From the NCBI GenBank assembly GCA_002391275.1, contig DGSC01000003.1, positions 23,338 to 87,337 of the forward strand: DNA of 64,000 nucleotides, given 5' to 3'. The notes beneath the pieces were generated by a model. The model made no database searches. It saw only the letters and a list, made by a program, of their open reading frames with translations, and was not told where the DNA came from. The position numbers were made by a program, and so were the translations under genes. The stretch's first letter is position 1. Each line of letters begins with the position of its first letter. Shown piece after piece: positions 49,484 through 59,426 of this stretch. The DNA comes from Prevotellaceae bacterium UBA4372 (GTDB lineage: Bacteria; Bacteroidota; Bacteroidia; Bacteroidales; Bacteroidaceae).

Positions 49484-51382
49484 ATGGACAAAAACACTAT
49501 CACAGGATTCGTCCTCATGGCCATCGTGCTCATCCTATTCTCTTGGTACAGCCGTCCCAGCGAGGCACAACTCAAAGCACAACGCGAGCGCGACTCCATC
49601 GCTGCCGCACAACTCGAAGCAAAACAACAAGCCGAAGCCGAACAGAAAGCAATCAGCAATTCCACCGCTGAAGCCAATTCTCACCCACTCGACTCCGCAT
49701 CCCTCCTCTTCGCTGCCTCACAAGGCACAGAACAGCTCATCACACTCGAGAACGACCTCGTTCGCGTCACAATCAACACGCATGGCGGCATGATAGAAGA
49801 AGCTGAGCTCAAGGGACATAAAGACCAACAGAAAAACAACGTACGCCTCCTCACCAAGAAGGACGCCGCCATGACCCTCTCCCTCGCCGGCAAGCAGGAG
49901 AACATCGTCACACGCGACCTCTACTTCCAACCCATAACAAAGAGTGCAACCAGTGGCTCTGCTGTAGACAATTCCGTCACACTCCGTCTACCCCTATCCA
50001 CAGGCTCTCTCGACATCGACTACACCCTTCGTCCCGACGCCTACATGGTCGACATGGTCATCCACGCTAACGGCATTGCCAATCTGTTTGCACCCTCAAT
50101 GCGCACGCTCGACATCCAATGGACCGACCGCGCACGCCAACTCGAGAAAGGCTTCGATTTCGAACAGCGCTATGCCTGCATCCGTTACCACCGTGCAGAC
50201 GGTAAAACCAAGAACCTTTCCGAGACCTCTGATCAGGAGAAAGACATCGAAGAAGCTCTCGACTGGGTTGCATTCAAAAACCAGTTCTTCTCAGCTGTAC
50301 TCATCAGCCAACAGGAACTTACCAACGCCCACCTCAAATCCCAAATGTATAAAAAGGGACAGGGCTACCTGAAGAACTACGAAGCCACCATGCAGACGGC
50401 TTTCGACCCCTCTGGCGCTCAGCCCACACAACTCCAGTTCTACCTTGGTCCTAACGACTTCCACACCCTGAAGGCTCACAACAAGCTCAGCCTCGACGGC
50501 AACAAAGATCTCGAACTCGAAGACCTCGTATATCTCGGATGGCCTATTGTACGATGGGTCAACCGTTGGTTCATCATCTACCTCTTCGACTGGCTCAAGG
50601 GCTTCGGCCTCCACATGGGGCTCGTACTCCTCCTCCTGACCATCATCGTCAAGGCCCTCGTCTACCCTGCCACCAAGAAAAGCTATTTGGCCAGCGCACG
50701 TATGCGAGTACTTAAACCTAAGATGGATGCCCTCAATGCCAAATATCCTAAACCAGAAGATGCCATGAAGAAGCAACAGGAGATGATGCAGCTCTACAGC
50801 CAGTACGGCGTCTCGCCCATGGGTGGATGCTTGCCGGCGCTCATCCAGATGCCTATCTGGATTGCCCTCTTCAACTTCGTACCTAACGCCATCGAGCTTC
50901 GTGGACAGAGCTTCCTCTGGGCCGACGACCTCTCGGCTTACGACGACGTCATCAGCTGGGGCAAGGACGTATGGCTCATCGGCGACCACCTCAGCATCTT
51001 CTGCGTCCTCTTCTGCATCATGCAGATTGTCACCACATGGATCAGCATGAAGCAGCAACAGAACGCTGCCATGTCGCCCGAGCAGGAACAAAGCATGAAG
51101 ATGATGCGATGGATGATGTACTTCATGCCCCTCATGTTCTTCTTCGTGCTCAACAACTACAGCTCCGGCCTCAACTACTACTATTTCCTCTCGGGTCTTA
51201 TCACAGTCCTCATCATGTGGTTCCTCCGCAAGACCACCGACGACGACAAGCTCCTGGCGCAAATGGAAGCTTATAAGGCCAAGAACGCCAACAACCCCAA
51301 GAAAGCATCTGGCATGGCCGCCCGTCTCGAAGCCCTCCAACGCATGGCCGAAGAGCAGCAGCGCCTGCAACAGAAAAGATAG
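49484..51382 (+). CDS. yidC: Membrane protein insertase YidC
   Basis: 632 aa. N-terminal TM helix, a large periplasmic domain, and a C-terminal 60-kDa IMP core: MQLYSQYGVSPMGGCLPALIQMPIWIALF... Confidence 0.93.
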   Translation: MDKNTITGFVLMAIVLILFSWYSRPSEAQLKAQRERDSIAAAQLEAKQQAEAEQKAISNSTAEANSHPLDSASLLFAASQGTEQLITLENDLVRVTINTHGGMIEEAELKGHKDQQKNNVRLLTKKDAAMTLSLAGKQENIVTRDLYFQPITKSATSGSAVDNSVTLRLPLSTGSLDIDYTLRPDAYMVDMVIHANGIANLFAPSMRTLDIQWTDRARQLEKGFDFEQRYACIRYHRADGKTKNLSETSDQEKDIEEALDWVAFKNQFFSAVLISQQELTNAHLKSQMYKKGQGYLKNYEATMQTAFDPSGAQPTQLQFYLGPNDFHTLKAHNKLSLDGNKDLELEDLVYLGWPIVRWVNRWFIIYLFDWLKGFGLHMGLVLLLLTIIVKALVYPATKKSYLASARMRVLKPKMDALNAKYPKPEDAMKKQQEMMQLYSQYGVSPMGGCLPALIQMPIWIALFNFVPNAIELRGQSFLWADDLSAYDDVISWGKDVWLIGDHLSIFCVLFCIMQIVTTWISMKQQQNAAMSPEQEQSMKMMRWMMYFMPLMFFFVLNNYSSGLNYYYFLSGLITVLIMWFLRKTTDDDKLLAQMEAYKAKNANNPKKASGMAARLEALQRMAEEQQRLQQKR

Positions 51383-51585
51383 CTCTTTTCCTGTACGCCC
51401 CAGAGCCCAGCGCCAATCCCCCCGATACCGCCCTGCGGCTTTGAACACGGAACCAAGCGTCAATGCCCCCCGATAGCGCCCTGCGGTTTTACCGCAGGGT
51501 TCCTATACAATAACAACTCCTCTCCGTTGGCCTCGGCGGTTCCACCGTCGAGCCCTTCCCCATCCACTCACCCACCTTTCCAACA

Positions 51586-53760
51586 ATGAAAACAGCATTG
51601 AAAATCCTCTCCGCCTCAGCCATCCTGGCCACCGTCGCCCCCCTCACTTCATGTACGGAGGACGTTGGCGACAACATCATCCATCGTAGCGACATCACCC
51701 TTGCCTCCGACACCCTCACCCCCGAAGCCCTGTGGGCCATGGGACGCATAGGCAGCTACGCCACTTCGCCCGACGGCAAGCACGTCTGCTACCAAGTCAC
51801 CTATTACAGCGTCGAGGAAGACCGCAGCAACACCCTCCTCTACACCCGTCCTGTATGTTGCGACTCTGTCGCAACCAACGACGAAGAACTCCTCCTCGGC
51901 CTCGGCTCCTCCCCCGCCTGGCTCTCTGATGACTGCATCGCCTTCTCTCAAAACGGCGAGCTTTGGACTATGAACGCCAACGGCAAGAGCCGCAAGCAGC
52001 TCACCCACACCGAAGGCGCTGTCGAAGGCTTCCTCTTCTCGCCCGACCAGAAGCGCGTCATCCTTATCAAGGCAGTGCCCTTCCACGACATCATCAAAGA
52101 GCGCCCCGCCGATTTGCCCAAGAGCACCGGCCGCGTCATCACCGACCTGATGTATCGCCACTGGGACCACTACGTCGAGAGCATCCCGCATCCCTTTGTC
52201 CTCGACCTTGAGAGCGGCGAAGAGTTCGACATCCTCGAAGGACAACCCTTCGAATGTCCCATGGAACCCTTCGGAGGCATCGAACAGCTTGCTTGGAGCC
52301 CCGACAGCAAGAGCATCGCCTACACCTGCCGCACCAAAACAGGCTTAGCCATGAGCATCAGCACCGACTCCGACATCTTCCTCTTCGACGTCGAAGCCCG
52401 AACAGCAAAGAACCTCTGCAAACCCGAGGGCTATGTTGAACCGCAGATTGAGCCCTCCAAGACAATGAAGTTCCAAGAAGTCAATGCCGAAGCCAACCTC
52501 GCCAACAACCCCGGCTACGACCAGAATCCCAAGTTCTCGCCCGACGGACGCTACCTCGCATGGCTCAGTATGCCCCGCAATGGTTATGAAGCCGACCGCC
52601 AGCGACTCTGCGTCCTCGATCTCCAGAGCGGTGAGAAGCGCTATGTCACCGAGTCCTTCGACTCCAACGTCGACGACTTCGTATGGGCTGCCGACAACAC
52701 CACCTTATATTATATAGGTGTCTGGCACGCCACCGTCAACCTCTACCGCACCAACCTCGAAGGCCAAGTTGCCCAACTCACCAACGACCAAGCCGACTGG
52801 GGCGCCCTGCAACTGGTAAATGGCAAATCTGATTGCCTCCTCATGGAGCGCCACGACTACTTCCACCCCGCCGACCTCTACCTCGTGACAGTGCTCGGCG
52901 ATTCCATCGCAAAGGAATCCCGCCTCACCGCCGAGAACGACCACATCCTCTCGCAGCTTGCCCCAGGCTCATCCGAGCCCCGTTGGTGCAAGACCACCGA
53001 CGGCCAGCAGCTCCTCTACTGGGTCATCAAGCCCCCCCACTTCGACCCCTCGAAGAAGTACCCCACACTCCTCTTCTGCGAAGGTGGCCCCCAGTCGCCC
53101 GTCTCGCAGTTCTGGTCGTATCGCTGGAACTTCTACATCATGGCATCGCAGGGCTACGTCATCATCGCCCCCAACCGCCGCGGCCTCCCCGGCTTCGGCC
53201 AGGAATGGCTTGAAGAAATCTCTGGCGACTGGACAGGTCAATGCATGCGCGACTACCTCAGCGCCATCGACGATGCTTGCGACTCGTTGCCCTACGTCGA
53301 TCGCGACCGCATGGGTGCCGTAGGTGCCTCGTTCGGCGGCTTCAGCGTCTACTACCTCGCCGGCCACCACGACAAGCGCTTCAAGTGCTTCATCGCTCAC
53401 GACGGAGCCTTCAATCTCGAAGCCATGTACACCGAAACCGAGGAAAACTGGTTCTCCAACTGGGAGTACGACGACGCCTATTGGAACCGCGACCGCACAG
53501 CCAATGCCGACCGCACCTATCGCAACTCACCCCACCTATTCGTCGACAAGTGGGACACCCCCATCCTCTGCATCCATGGCGAGAAGGACTACCGCATCAA
53601 CGCCACACAAGGCATGAGCGCCTTCAACGCCGCCCGTATGCGTGGCATCGAAGCTGAGCTTCTCCTCTACCCCGACGAAAACCACTGGGTGCTCCATCCC
53701 CAGAACGGCATTCTCTGGCAGCGCACCTACTTCGACTGGCTCACACGCTGGCTGAAGTAA
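51586..53760 (+). CDS. S9-family serine peptidase (prolyl oligopeptidase/dipeptidyl-peptidase type)
   Basis: Signal/lipobox LTSC, a beta-propeller region, and a catalytic domain with GASFGGFSVYYL (GxSxGG), ...IHGEKDYRI... and ...DENHW. Confidence 0.85.
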   Translation: MKTALKILSASAILATVAPLTSCTEDVGDNIIHRSDITLASDTLTPEALWAMGRIGSYATSPDGKHVCYQVTYYSVEEDRSNTLLYTRPVCCDSVATNDEELLLGLGSSPAWLSDDCIAFSQNGELWTMNANGKSRKQLTHTEGAVEGFLFSPDQKRVILIKAVPFHDIIKERPADLPKSTGRVITDLMYRHWDHYVESIPHPFVLDLESGEEFDILEGQPFECPMEPFGGIEQLAWSPDSKSIAYTCRTKTGLAMSISTDSDIFLFDVEARTAKNLCKPEGYVEPQIEPSKTMKFQEVNAEANLANNPGYDQNPKFSPDGRYLAWLSMPRNGYEADRQRLCVLDLQSGEKRYVTESFDSNVDDFVWAADNTTLYYIGVWHATVNLYRTNLEGQVAQLTNDQADWGALQLVNGKSDCLLMERHDYFHPADLYLVTVLGDSIAKESRLTAENDHILSQLAPGSSEPRWCKTTDGQQLLYWVIKPPHFDPSKKYPTLLFCEGGPQSPVSQFWSYRWNFYIMASQGYVIIAPNRRGLPGFGQEWLEEISGDWTGQCMRDYLSAIDDACDSLPYVDRDRMGAVGASFGGFSVYYLAGHHDKRFKCFIAHDGAFNLEAMYTETEENWFSNWEYDDAYWNRDRTANADRTYRNSPHLFVDKWDTPILCIHGEKDYRINATQGMSAFNAARMRGIEAELLLYPDENHWVLHPQNGILWQRTYFDWLTRWLK

Positions 53761-53828
53761 CGCTACCATCATATTAACATCACCTCAAGAATACCTACAA
53801 GGAAGCATCCCCTCAACATCCTTTATAC

Positions 53829-53874
53829 TCCGCCGCCAGCACACTCATTGAAGTGTCTGGCGGCGGATTTTTTT
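53829..53874 (+). terminator. Rho-independent terminator of the S9 peptidase gene
   Basis: TCCGCCGCCAGCACAC...GTGTCTGGCGGCGGA followed by TTTTTTT. Confidence 0.8.
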
Positions 53875-53956
53875 ACGTTAGCCCTTACGAACATGCGTGG
53901 GGGAATAACATGAACGTCTGTCCATGTGACAGACATTTCGCTAAAGTCCTGACTTT

Positions 53957-54427
53957 TCAACCAAGAACATTCCAGAAGTCACGCGGCAAGCTGATGTTCT
54001 CCACGCCTTTGGCTTCAACAAACAACGGCGCAATCTCCTCGGCATCGAAGCCAGCTATGCCACAGCCGATACGCGTGACGAGGAACTGCACTTCCCTATG
54101 CTCCCGAGCAAAAGCTATGAACTCATCAACATAGGGCGCTATCGTCTCTACGCCGCCCTGCATCGTTGGGATGCCGTAACTCTGTCCCTGCAGTCCAACA
54201 CCCTGTCCCAGCTTGGCACCGAACTTCTTCAGCGCGATATACGCAGCTCCACCGCCGTGCATACCGGCCAGATTACTGCCAAACACAAAAATCTCATTTT
54301 CTGCCAAATCCATGATAAGGTCAGGCGTAATACGTTTTGCGTCCATTTTGTCTATAATAAAAGTGATAATCTGTTTTTCTGTCAGCCTATAGATGTAGTC
54401 CGTCATGTCCCAGGCCTCGTATGACAT
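53957..54427 (-). CDS. Small protein of the macro-domain-like 'phage non-structural protein' (A1S_2505-like) family
   Basis: 156 aa. I recognise the core IFVFGSNLAGMHGGGAAYIALKKFGAKLGQGVGLQGQSYGIPT from that family, from memory only; no search was possible. Confidence 0.5.
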   Translation of the reverse strand: MSYEAWDMTDYIYRLTEKQIITFIIDKMDAKRITPDLIMDLAENEIFVFGSNLAGMHGGGAAYIALKKFGAKLGQGVGLQGQSYGIPTMQGGVETIAPYVDEFIAFAREHREVQFLVTRIGCGIAGFDAEEIAPLFVEAKGVENISLPRDFWNVLG

Positions 54428-54606
54428 CGTTGCCTGTCATGCTGCAAAAGTAGTGAATAGCACACATTTCCGAAAGCTTTTACATGAAAAAATAAAAAAT
54501 CAACACCCAGTTTAAATTCCCACCTCCTCAAGTCGTTATGCAGAAAGCAAAAAGGTGCAACATTAGATGTATCCAACCATTCCAAGGACATCGAAAGTAT
54601 GGCAAT

Positions 54607-54690
54607 AAAAAAAGCCCCCGTTAAAGGACGAGGGCAGGAACCTGAATGTTTTCACAACGGAATAATCCTTATTGTGAATTGCTGAAATTC
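54607..54690 (-). ncRNA. tracrRNA of the type II-C system
   Basis: Minus-strand RNA: GAAUUUCAGCAAUUCACAAU (anti-repeat, pairing with the first 21 nt of the crRNA-sense repeat GUUGUGAAUUGCUUGAAAUUC with one bulge), then AAGGAUUAUUCCGUU (nexus-like; compare AAGGCUAGUCCGUU in S. pyogenes), then ...GCCCUCG-UCCUUUAA-CGGGGGC and U7 (terminator). The 5' end is inferred from the promoter box. Confidence 0.85.
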
Positions 54691-54695
54691 GATGG

Positions 54696-54703
54696 CAAAG
54701 GTA
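54696..54703 (-). promoter_or_regulatory. -7 promoter box of the tracrRNA
   Basis: Plus-strand CAAAGGTA equals minus-strand TACCTTTG (TAnnTTTG). It ends 5 nt before the anti-repeat. Confidence 0.6.
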
Positions 54704-54766
54704 GATATTATGAATGAATAAACAAACTTTTCAGCATACTTTTGACCTCCTTCAAGGTTTTTTACT

Positions 54767-54774
54767 TATTTTTG
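54767..54774 (+). promoter_or_regulatory. Candidate -7 promoter box of the cas operon
   Basis: TATTTTTG lies 28 nt upstream of the cas9 ATG. A second box, TACTTTTG, is at 54737-54744. Confidence 0.45.
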
Positions 54775-54801
54775 CCCTCAAAACATTAACTCATTTACCG
54801 C

Positions 54802-57800
54802 ATGAAACACATCTTAGGATTAGATTTAGGCACCAATAGTATCGGCTGGGCTATTGTAAACGCAGAACAAATTGTTCGCGAGGATGAAACGAATTATCTG
54901 AAGCCTGTGAGTATTAGTTCTGCAGGTAGTAGAATTATCCCGATGTCTGCAGACATTCTTGGAGATTTTGACAAAGGCAATTCTATTTCACAAACAGCAG
55001 AACGTACACGGCTTAGGATGGCTCGCCGACTTAGGGAGCGCAACCTATTACGCCGTGAGCGGATGCTTCGAACATTGAAGCTCATGGGGTTCTTGCCTTC
55101 ACACTTTGCTAAGGAGATTGATATTTTTGGCAAGTTATTTAGCAACAAAGAGCCTAAGCTAGCCTGGAAAAAGAATGAAGAGGGCAAAAATTTATTCATT
55201 TTTCAGGATTCATTCAATGAAATGTTGGAAGATTTTGCGTGTCATCAGCCTCAATTGGTTGCTGAAGGCAGAAAAGTTCCATATGATTGGACGATATATT
55301 ATCTCCGCAAGAAAGCTTTGACTCAAAGAATTACTAAAGAAGAACTTGCCTGGATTTTATTACAATTCAATCAGAAGCGTGGATACTATCAGTTGCGAGG
55401 CGAAGACGAAGAGGATGATAACACAAAACGGGTTGAATACCTTGCTCTAAAAGTAGAACGGGTTGAGGCGACAGATGAAAAGAGAGGCGATGAAGTCTGG
55501 TACAACGTTTATCTTGAAAATGATATGGTCTATCGACGTACAAGTCGATATCCTCTTGATTGGGTTGGAAAAGTGAAAGAGTTTATTGTAACTACAGACC
55601 TTGAGAAAGATGGTAGTCCTAAAAAAGACAAGGAAGGGAATATAAAACGTTCTTTCCGCGCACCAAAAGAAGATGATTGGACATTGTTGAAAAAGAAGAC
55701 CGAAAATGACATTGAAAACAGCCAGAAGACTATTGGCTGCTATATTTATGACACCCTTTTGCAAAAGCCAAATCAAAAGATTATAGGTAAACTTGTTCGT
55801 ACCGTTGAGAGAAAATACTATAAAGACGAACTGCTTAGGATTTTGAGAAGGCAGCAAGAACTCATTCCCGAATTGCAAGATACTGAACTCTATAAGAAAT
55901 GTATAGAAGAATTATATCCCAATAATGAAGGACATCGTAGTAACCTTGCCAAATCTGATTTCGTCAATCTGTTTGTCAATGATATTCTGTTTTATCAGCG
56001 CCCTTTAAAAAGTAAGAAGTCTCAGATTGAAAACTGTCCTTATGAGTTTCATAAAGGCATAGATGGGAATTTATATCCTGTGAAGTGTATTGCTCAGTCT
56101 AATCCTTTATTCCAAGAATTCAGGCTTTGGCAGTTCATACAGAATCTACGTATATATCAACGCGAGAGAATCATCACCGATGGACAATTGGCCTTATTCG
56201 GAAGTACACATACAGGGAAGTTACAAACTGATGTTGACGTTACGGCTGAGTTTCTCAAATCAGAGGAAGATTATGTCAAACTATTCGATTGGCTAAATAA
56301 CAGAAATGCCATCAAGCAGGACACATTGCTCAATTCTTTTTTCAAAATAAAAAAAGAAAGAGGGAAGGACAAATACCCCTATCGATGGAACTATGTCGAA
56401 GACAAAGAATACCGGTGCAACGAGACACGAGCAGCGATGCTTACAGGATTAGAGAAGTCTGGAATCCGTACTGATGTTCTTACCCATGAAATGGAAATGG
56501 CATTATGGCACATCCTCTACTCCGTTGAAGACAAAACAGAAATAGGAAAAGCACTAAAGACATTTGCTAAAAAGAACAACCTTGGTGAAATGTTTGCAGA
56601 TGTCTTCTGCAAGATGAAACCATATAAAAAAGAATATCGTTCGTACTCAGAAAAGGCAATCCGAAAATTCCTTCCACTCATGCGAATGGGCAAATATTGG
56701 AACAAAGAGAACATTGACGACAAAACATTATCAAGAATCGAGAAAATCATCACAGGAGAATACGATAAAACCATCAAGAATCGAGTGAGAGAGAAAGCCA
56801 TTAACCTAACTGACATTGACCACTTCAAAGGATTGCCTGTATGGTTGGCTTGCTACATTGTTTACAATCGCCATTCTGAAGCAAGAGAGATTGAAAAGTG
56901 GGACAAGCCTGAAGACATAGATCGCTATCTGAACTCCTTCAAACAGCACTCTCTAAGAAATCCTATTGTCGAACAAGTTATTACTGAAACTTTACGCACT
57001 GTACGTGATATATGGAAGCAGGAAGGTGACATTGACGAGATTCATGTGGAGTTGGGTAGAGAAATGAAGAATCCTGCTGATAAGCGCAGGCTAATGACCG
57101 AACGTATTCAACAAAACGAGAATACCAATCTACGAATTAAAGCCTTGTTAATGGAATTCCTTAACCCTGAACTCGGAATAGAAAACGTTCGTCCACACTC
57201 CCCGAGCCAACAGGACATCTTAAGGATTTACGAAGAGAATGCTCTGGATAATCTCACCAAAGAAGACGCAGAATATGAATTTGTTACAAAGATATCCAAG
57301 ATGGCTCAACCTTCCAAATCAGACATCATTCGCTACAAATGTTGGTTGGAACAGAAATACAGATCGCCATATACAGGCAAGATGATTCCACTAAGCAAAT
57401 TGTTTACACCTGCATACGAGATAGAACATATCATTCCCCAGTCACGCTATTTTGATGATTCTTTCAGCAACAAAGTAATATGCGAGGCAGAGGTAAACAA
57501 GCTAAAGGACAGATTGCTTGGATATGAGTTCATCAAGGAACATGCTGGCGAGATTGTTCAACTAAGCCAAGGAGACACAGTGAAGATTCTCTCTGTGGAG
57601 GAATATGAGAAATTCGTAAAAGATTATTATGGCTCTAACAGGACAAAGATGAAGAAGCTGTTAATGGATGATATCCCTGATGGATTCATTGAACGGCAAC
57701 TGAATGATAGCCGTTACATTAGTAAGGTCATCAAGACACTACTTTCAAATATCGTACGTGAGAAATTAGAGAATGGAGAATACGAGCAAGAAGCTGTTTC

Positions 57801-59424
57801 CAGAAACCTTATTTCATGCAATGGTTCCATTACTGACCGCCTAAAAAAAGACTGGGGCATGAACGATGTATGGAATCATATTATCCTGCCTCGCTTCCAG
57901 CGTTTGAATGAACTTACAGGGACGAACCTCTTTACAACTCAAAATCACGAGGGGCATGAGATTCCTGCAATGCCATTTGAATTACAAAAGGGATTCAATA
58001 AAAAACGTATTGATCACCGCCATCACGCGATGGATGCTATTGTTATTGCCTGTGCAACTCGCGACCATGTCAACTTACTAAACAACGAAGCGGCTCATTC
58101 TAAGCACAACGCTAATCGATATCAGTTACAACGGAAGCTGAGACGATTTGCAAAGATTACTATCGACGGGAAAGAACGTGAGATTGCTCAAGAGTTCTTA
58201 AAACCTTGGCCTACTTTCACATCAGATGCCTTACGAACAATACAAAGCATCATCGTTAGTTTTAAGCAAAATTTACGTGTCATCAATAAGACAACAAACT
58301 CCTATCTGCATTATGATGAGTATGGAAAGAAGATATATCATAAGCAGACGCAGGGTGAGAGTTGGGCTATTCGGAAGTCCATGCATAAAGATACCGTATT
58401 CGGAGAAGTTAATCTGCGCAAGAAAAAATCAGTTTCAATTAAAGAAGCTATCGTGAAGCCAGAAGCCATTGTAAACAAAGAATTCAAAGAAAAGGTAAAA
58501 GAACTCATCGCTCAAGGTCATGATGCCAAATACATAAAAAAATACGTTGAGGATAATAAAGACATATGGTCAGATATAAACCCGTCGAAGATAGACGTTT
58601 ATTACTACACCCGAGATGAAAAGAAACAAAATGGCGAACCCAAAGAACGCTATTTTGCCACACGTAAGCCATTGGATACATCCTTTGACCAGAAGAAAAT
58701 CAAAGAGAGTATAACTGATACAGGCATACAAAAGATACTATTAGCCCATTTGGAGTCTAAAGGAAACGACCCCGAACAAGCCTTCTCACCTGATGGTATT
58801 GACGAGATGAATCGGAATATTGTGACCTTGAATAAGGATAAATTTCATCAACCGATTATCAAAGTGCGCGTCTATGAAAAGGCTGACAAATTCTGCATCG
58901 GACAGAAAGGGAATAAGAAGAAAAAATTTGTGGAGGCGGCTGACGGAACAAATCTCTTCTTTGCTGTTTATGAAACTGCAGATAAGAAGAGAGTGTTCGC
59001 AACCATTTCATTAGGCCTATCTATAGATTGCCAAAAAGAAGGTTCCCAATATTGGATTAAGCTACTTGATGAAAGGCTAAGAGACAAGACACCCACAGAA
59101 GAATTACAGCCTTATCAGAAAATGGATATTCCTACTGATGCTCATTTGTTATTCATTCTTTCCCCAAATGATTTAGTTTATGTCCCTTATGATGGTAAAC
59201 CTACGGATTTAACGCAGGTTGACAGGGATAGAATTTATAGGGCGGTTAGTTTCAATAAAAAACAATGTTTCTGCATTAAGTGTAATGTGGCCACCCCCAT
59301 TGTAAACAAAGTTGAATACACAACTTCAAACAAAATGGAACGCGCCACTACCGGTGAAATGATAAAAGAGGTCTGCGTCCCCATTAAAGTAGATAGACTT
59401 GGCAACATCACTAAAATTGGATAA
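54802..59424 (+). CDS. cas9: Cas9, type II-C, Bacteroidota large form (1540 aa)
   Basis: RuvC-I MKHILGLDLGTNSIGWAIV. Arg-rich bridge helix RTRLRMARRLRERNLLRRERMLR. HNH YEIEHIIPQSRYFDDSFSNKVICEAEVNKLK. RuvC-III IDHRHHAMDAIVIACAT. Confidence 0.97.
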   Translation: MKHILGLDLGTNSIGWAIVNAEQIVREDETNYLKPVSISSAGSRIIPMSADILGDFDKGNSISQTAERTRLRMARRLRERNLLRRERMLRTLKLMGFLPSHFAKEIDIFGKLFSNKEPKLAWKKNEEGKNLFIFQDSFNEMLEDFACHQPQLVAEGRKVPYDWTIYYLRKKALTQRITKEELAWILLQFNQKRGYYQLRGEDEEDDNTKRVEYLALKVERVEATDEKRGDEVWYNVYLENDMVYRRTSRYPLDWVGKVKEFIVTTDLEKDGSPKKDKEGNIKRSFRAPKEDDWTLLKKKTENDIENSQKTIGCYIYDTLLQKPNQKIIGKLVRTVERKYYKDELLRILRRQQELIPELQDTELYKKCIEELYPNNEGHRSNLAKSDFVNLFVNDILFYQRPLKSKKSQIENCPYEFHKGIDGNLYPVKCIAQSNPLFQEFRLWQFIQNLRIYQRERIITDGQLALFGSTHTGKLQTDVDVTAEFLKSEEDYVKLFDWLNNRNAIKQDTLLNSFFKIKKERGKDKYPYRWNYVEDKEYRCNETRAAMLTGLEKSGIRTDVLTHEMEMALWHILYSVEDKTEIGKALKTFAKKNNLGEMFADVFCKMKPYKKEYRSYSEKAIRKFLPLMRMGKYWNKENIDDKTLSRIEKIITGEYDKTIKNRVREKAINLTDIDHFKGLPVWLACYIVYNRHSEAREIEKWDKPEDIDRYLNSFKQHSLRNPIVEQVITETLRTVRDIWKQEGDIDEIHVELGREMKNPADKRRLMTERIQQNENTNLRIKALLMEFLNPELGIENVRPHSPSQQDILRIYEENALDNLTKEDAEYEFVTKISKMAQPSKSDIIRYKCWLEQKYRSPYTGKMIPLSKLFTPAYEIEHIIPQSRYFDDSFSNKVICEAEVNKLKDRLLGYEFIKEHAGEIVQLSQGDTVKILSVEEYEKFVKDYYGSNRTKMKKLLMDDIPDGFIERQLNDSRYISKVIKTLLSNIVREKLENGEYEQEAVSRNLISCNGSITDRLKKDWGMNDVWNHIILPRFQRLNELTGTNLFTTQNHEGHEIPAMPFELQKGFNKKRIDHRHHAMDAIVIACATRDHVNLLNNEAAHSKHNANRYQLQRKLRRFAKITIDGKEREIAQEFLKPWPTFTSDALRTIQSIIVSFKQNLRVINKTTNSYLHYDEYGKKIYHKQTQGESWAIRKSMHKDTVFGEVNLRKKKSVSIKEAIVKPEAIVNKEFKEKVKELIAQGHDAKYIKKYVEDNKDIWSDINPSKIDVYYYTRDEKKQNGEPKERYFATRKPLDTSFDQKKIKESITDTGIQKILLAHLESKGNDPEQAFSPDGIDEMNRNIVTLNKDKFHQPIIKVRVYEKADKFCIGQKGNKKKKFVEAADGTNLFFAVYETADKKRVFATISLGLSIDCQKEGSQYWIKLLDERLRDKTPTEELQPYQKMDIPTDAHLLFILSPNDLVYVPYDGKPTDLTQVDRDRIYRAVSFNKKQCFCIKCNVATPIVNKVEYTTSNKMERATTGEMIKEVCVPIKVDRLGNITKIG

Positions 59425-59426
59425 GC

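Noticed and set aside
50291-51463. 390-aa minus-strand ORF
   Set aside because: It is antisense to yidC, and its product is Glu/Val/His-rich with low complexity.
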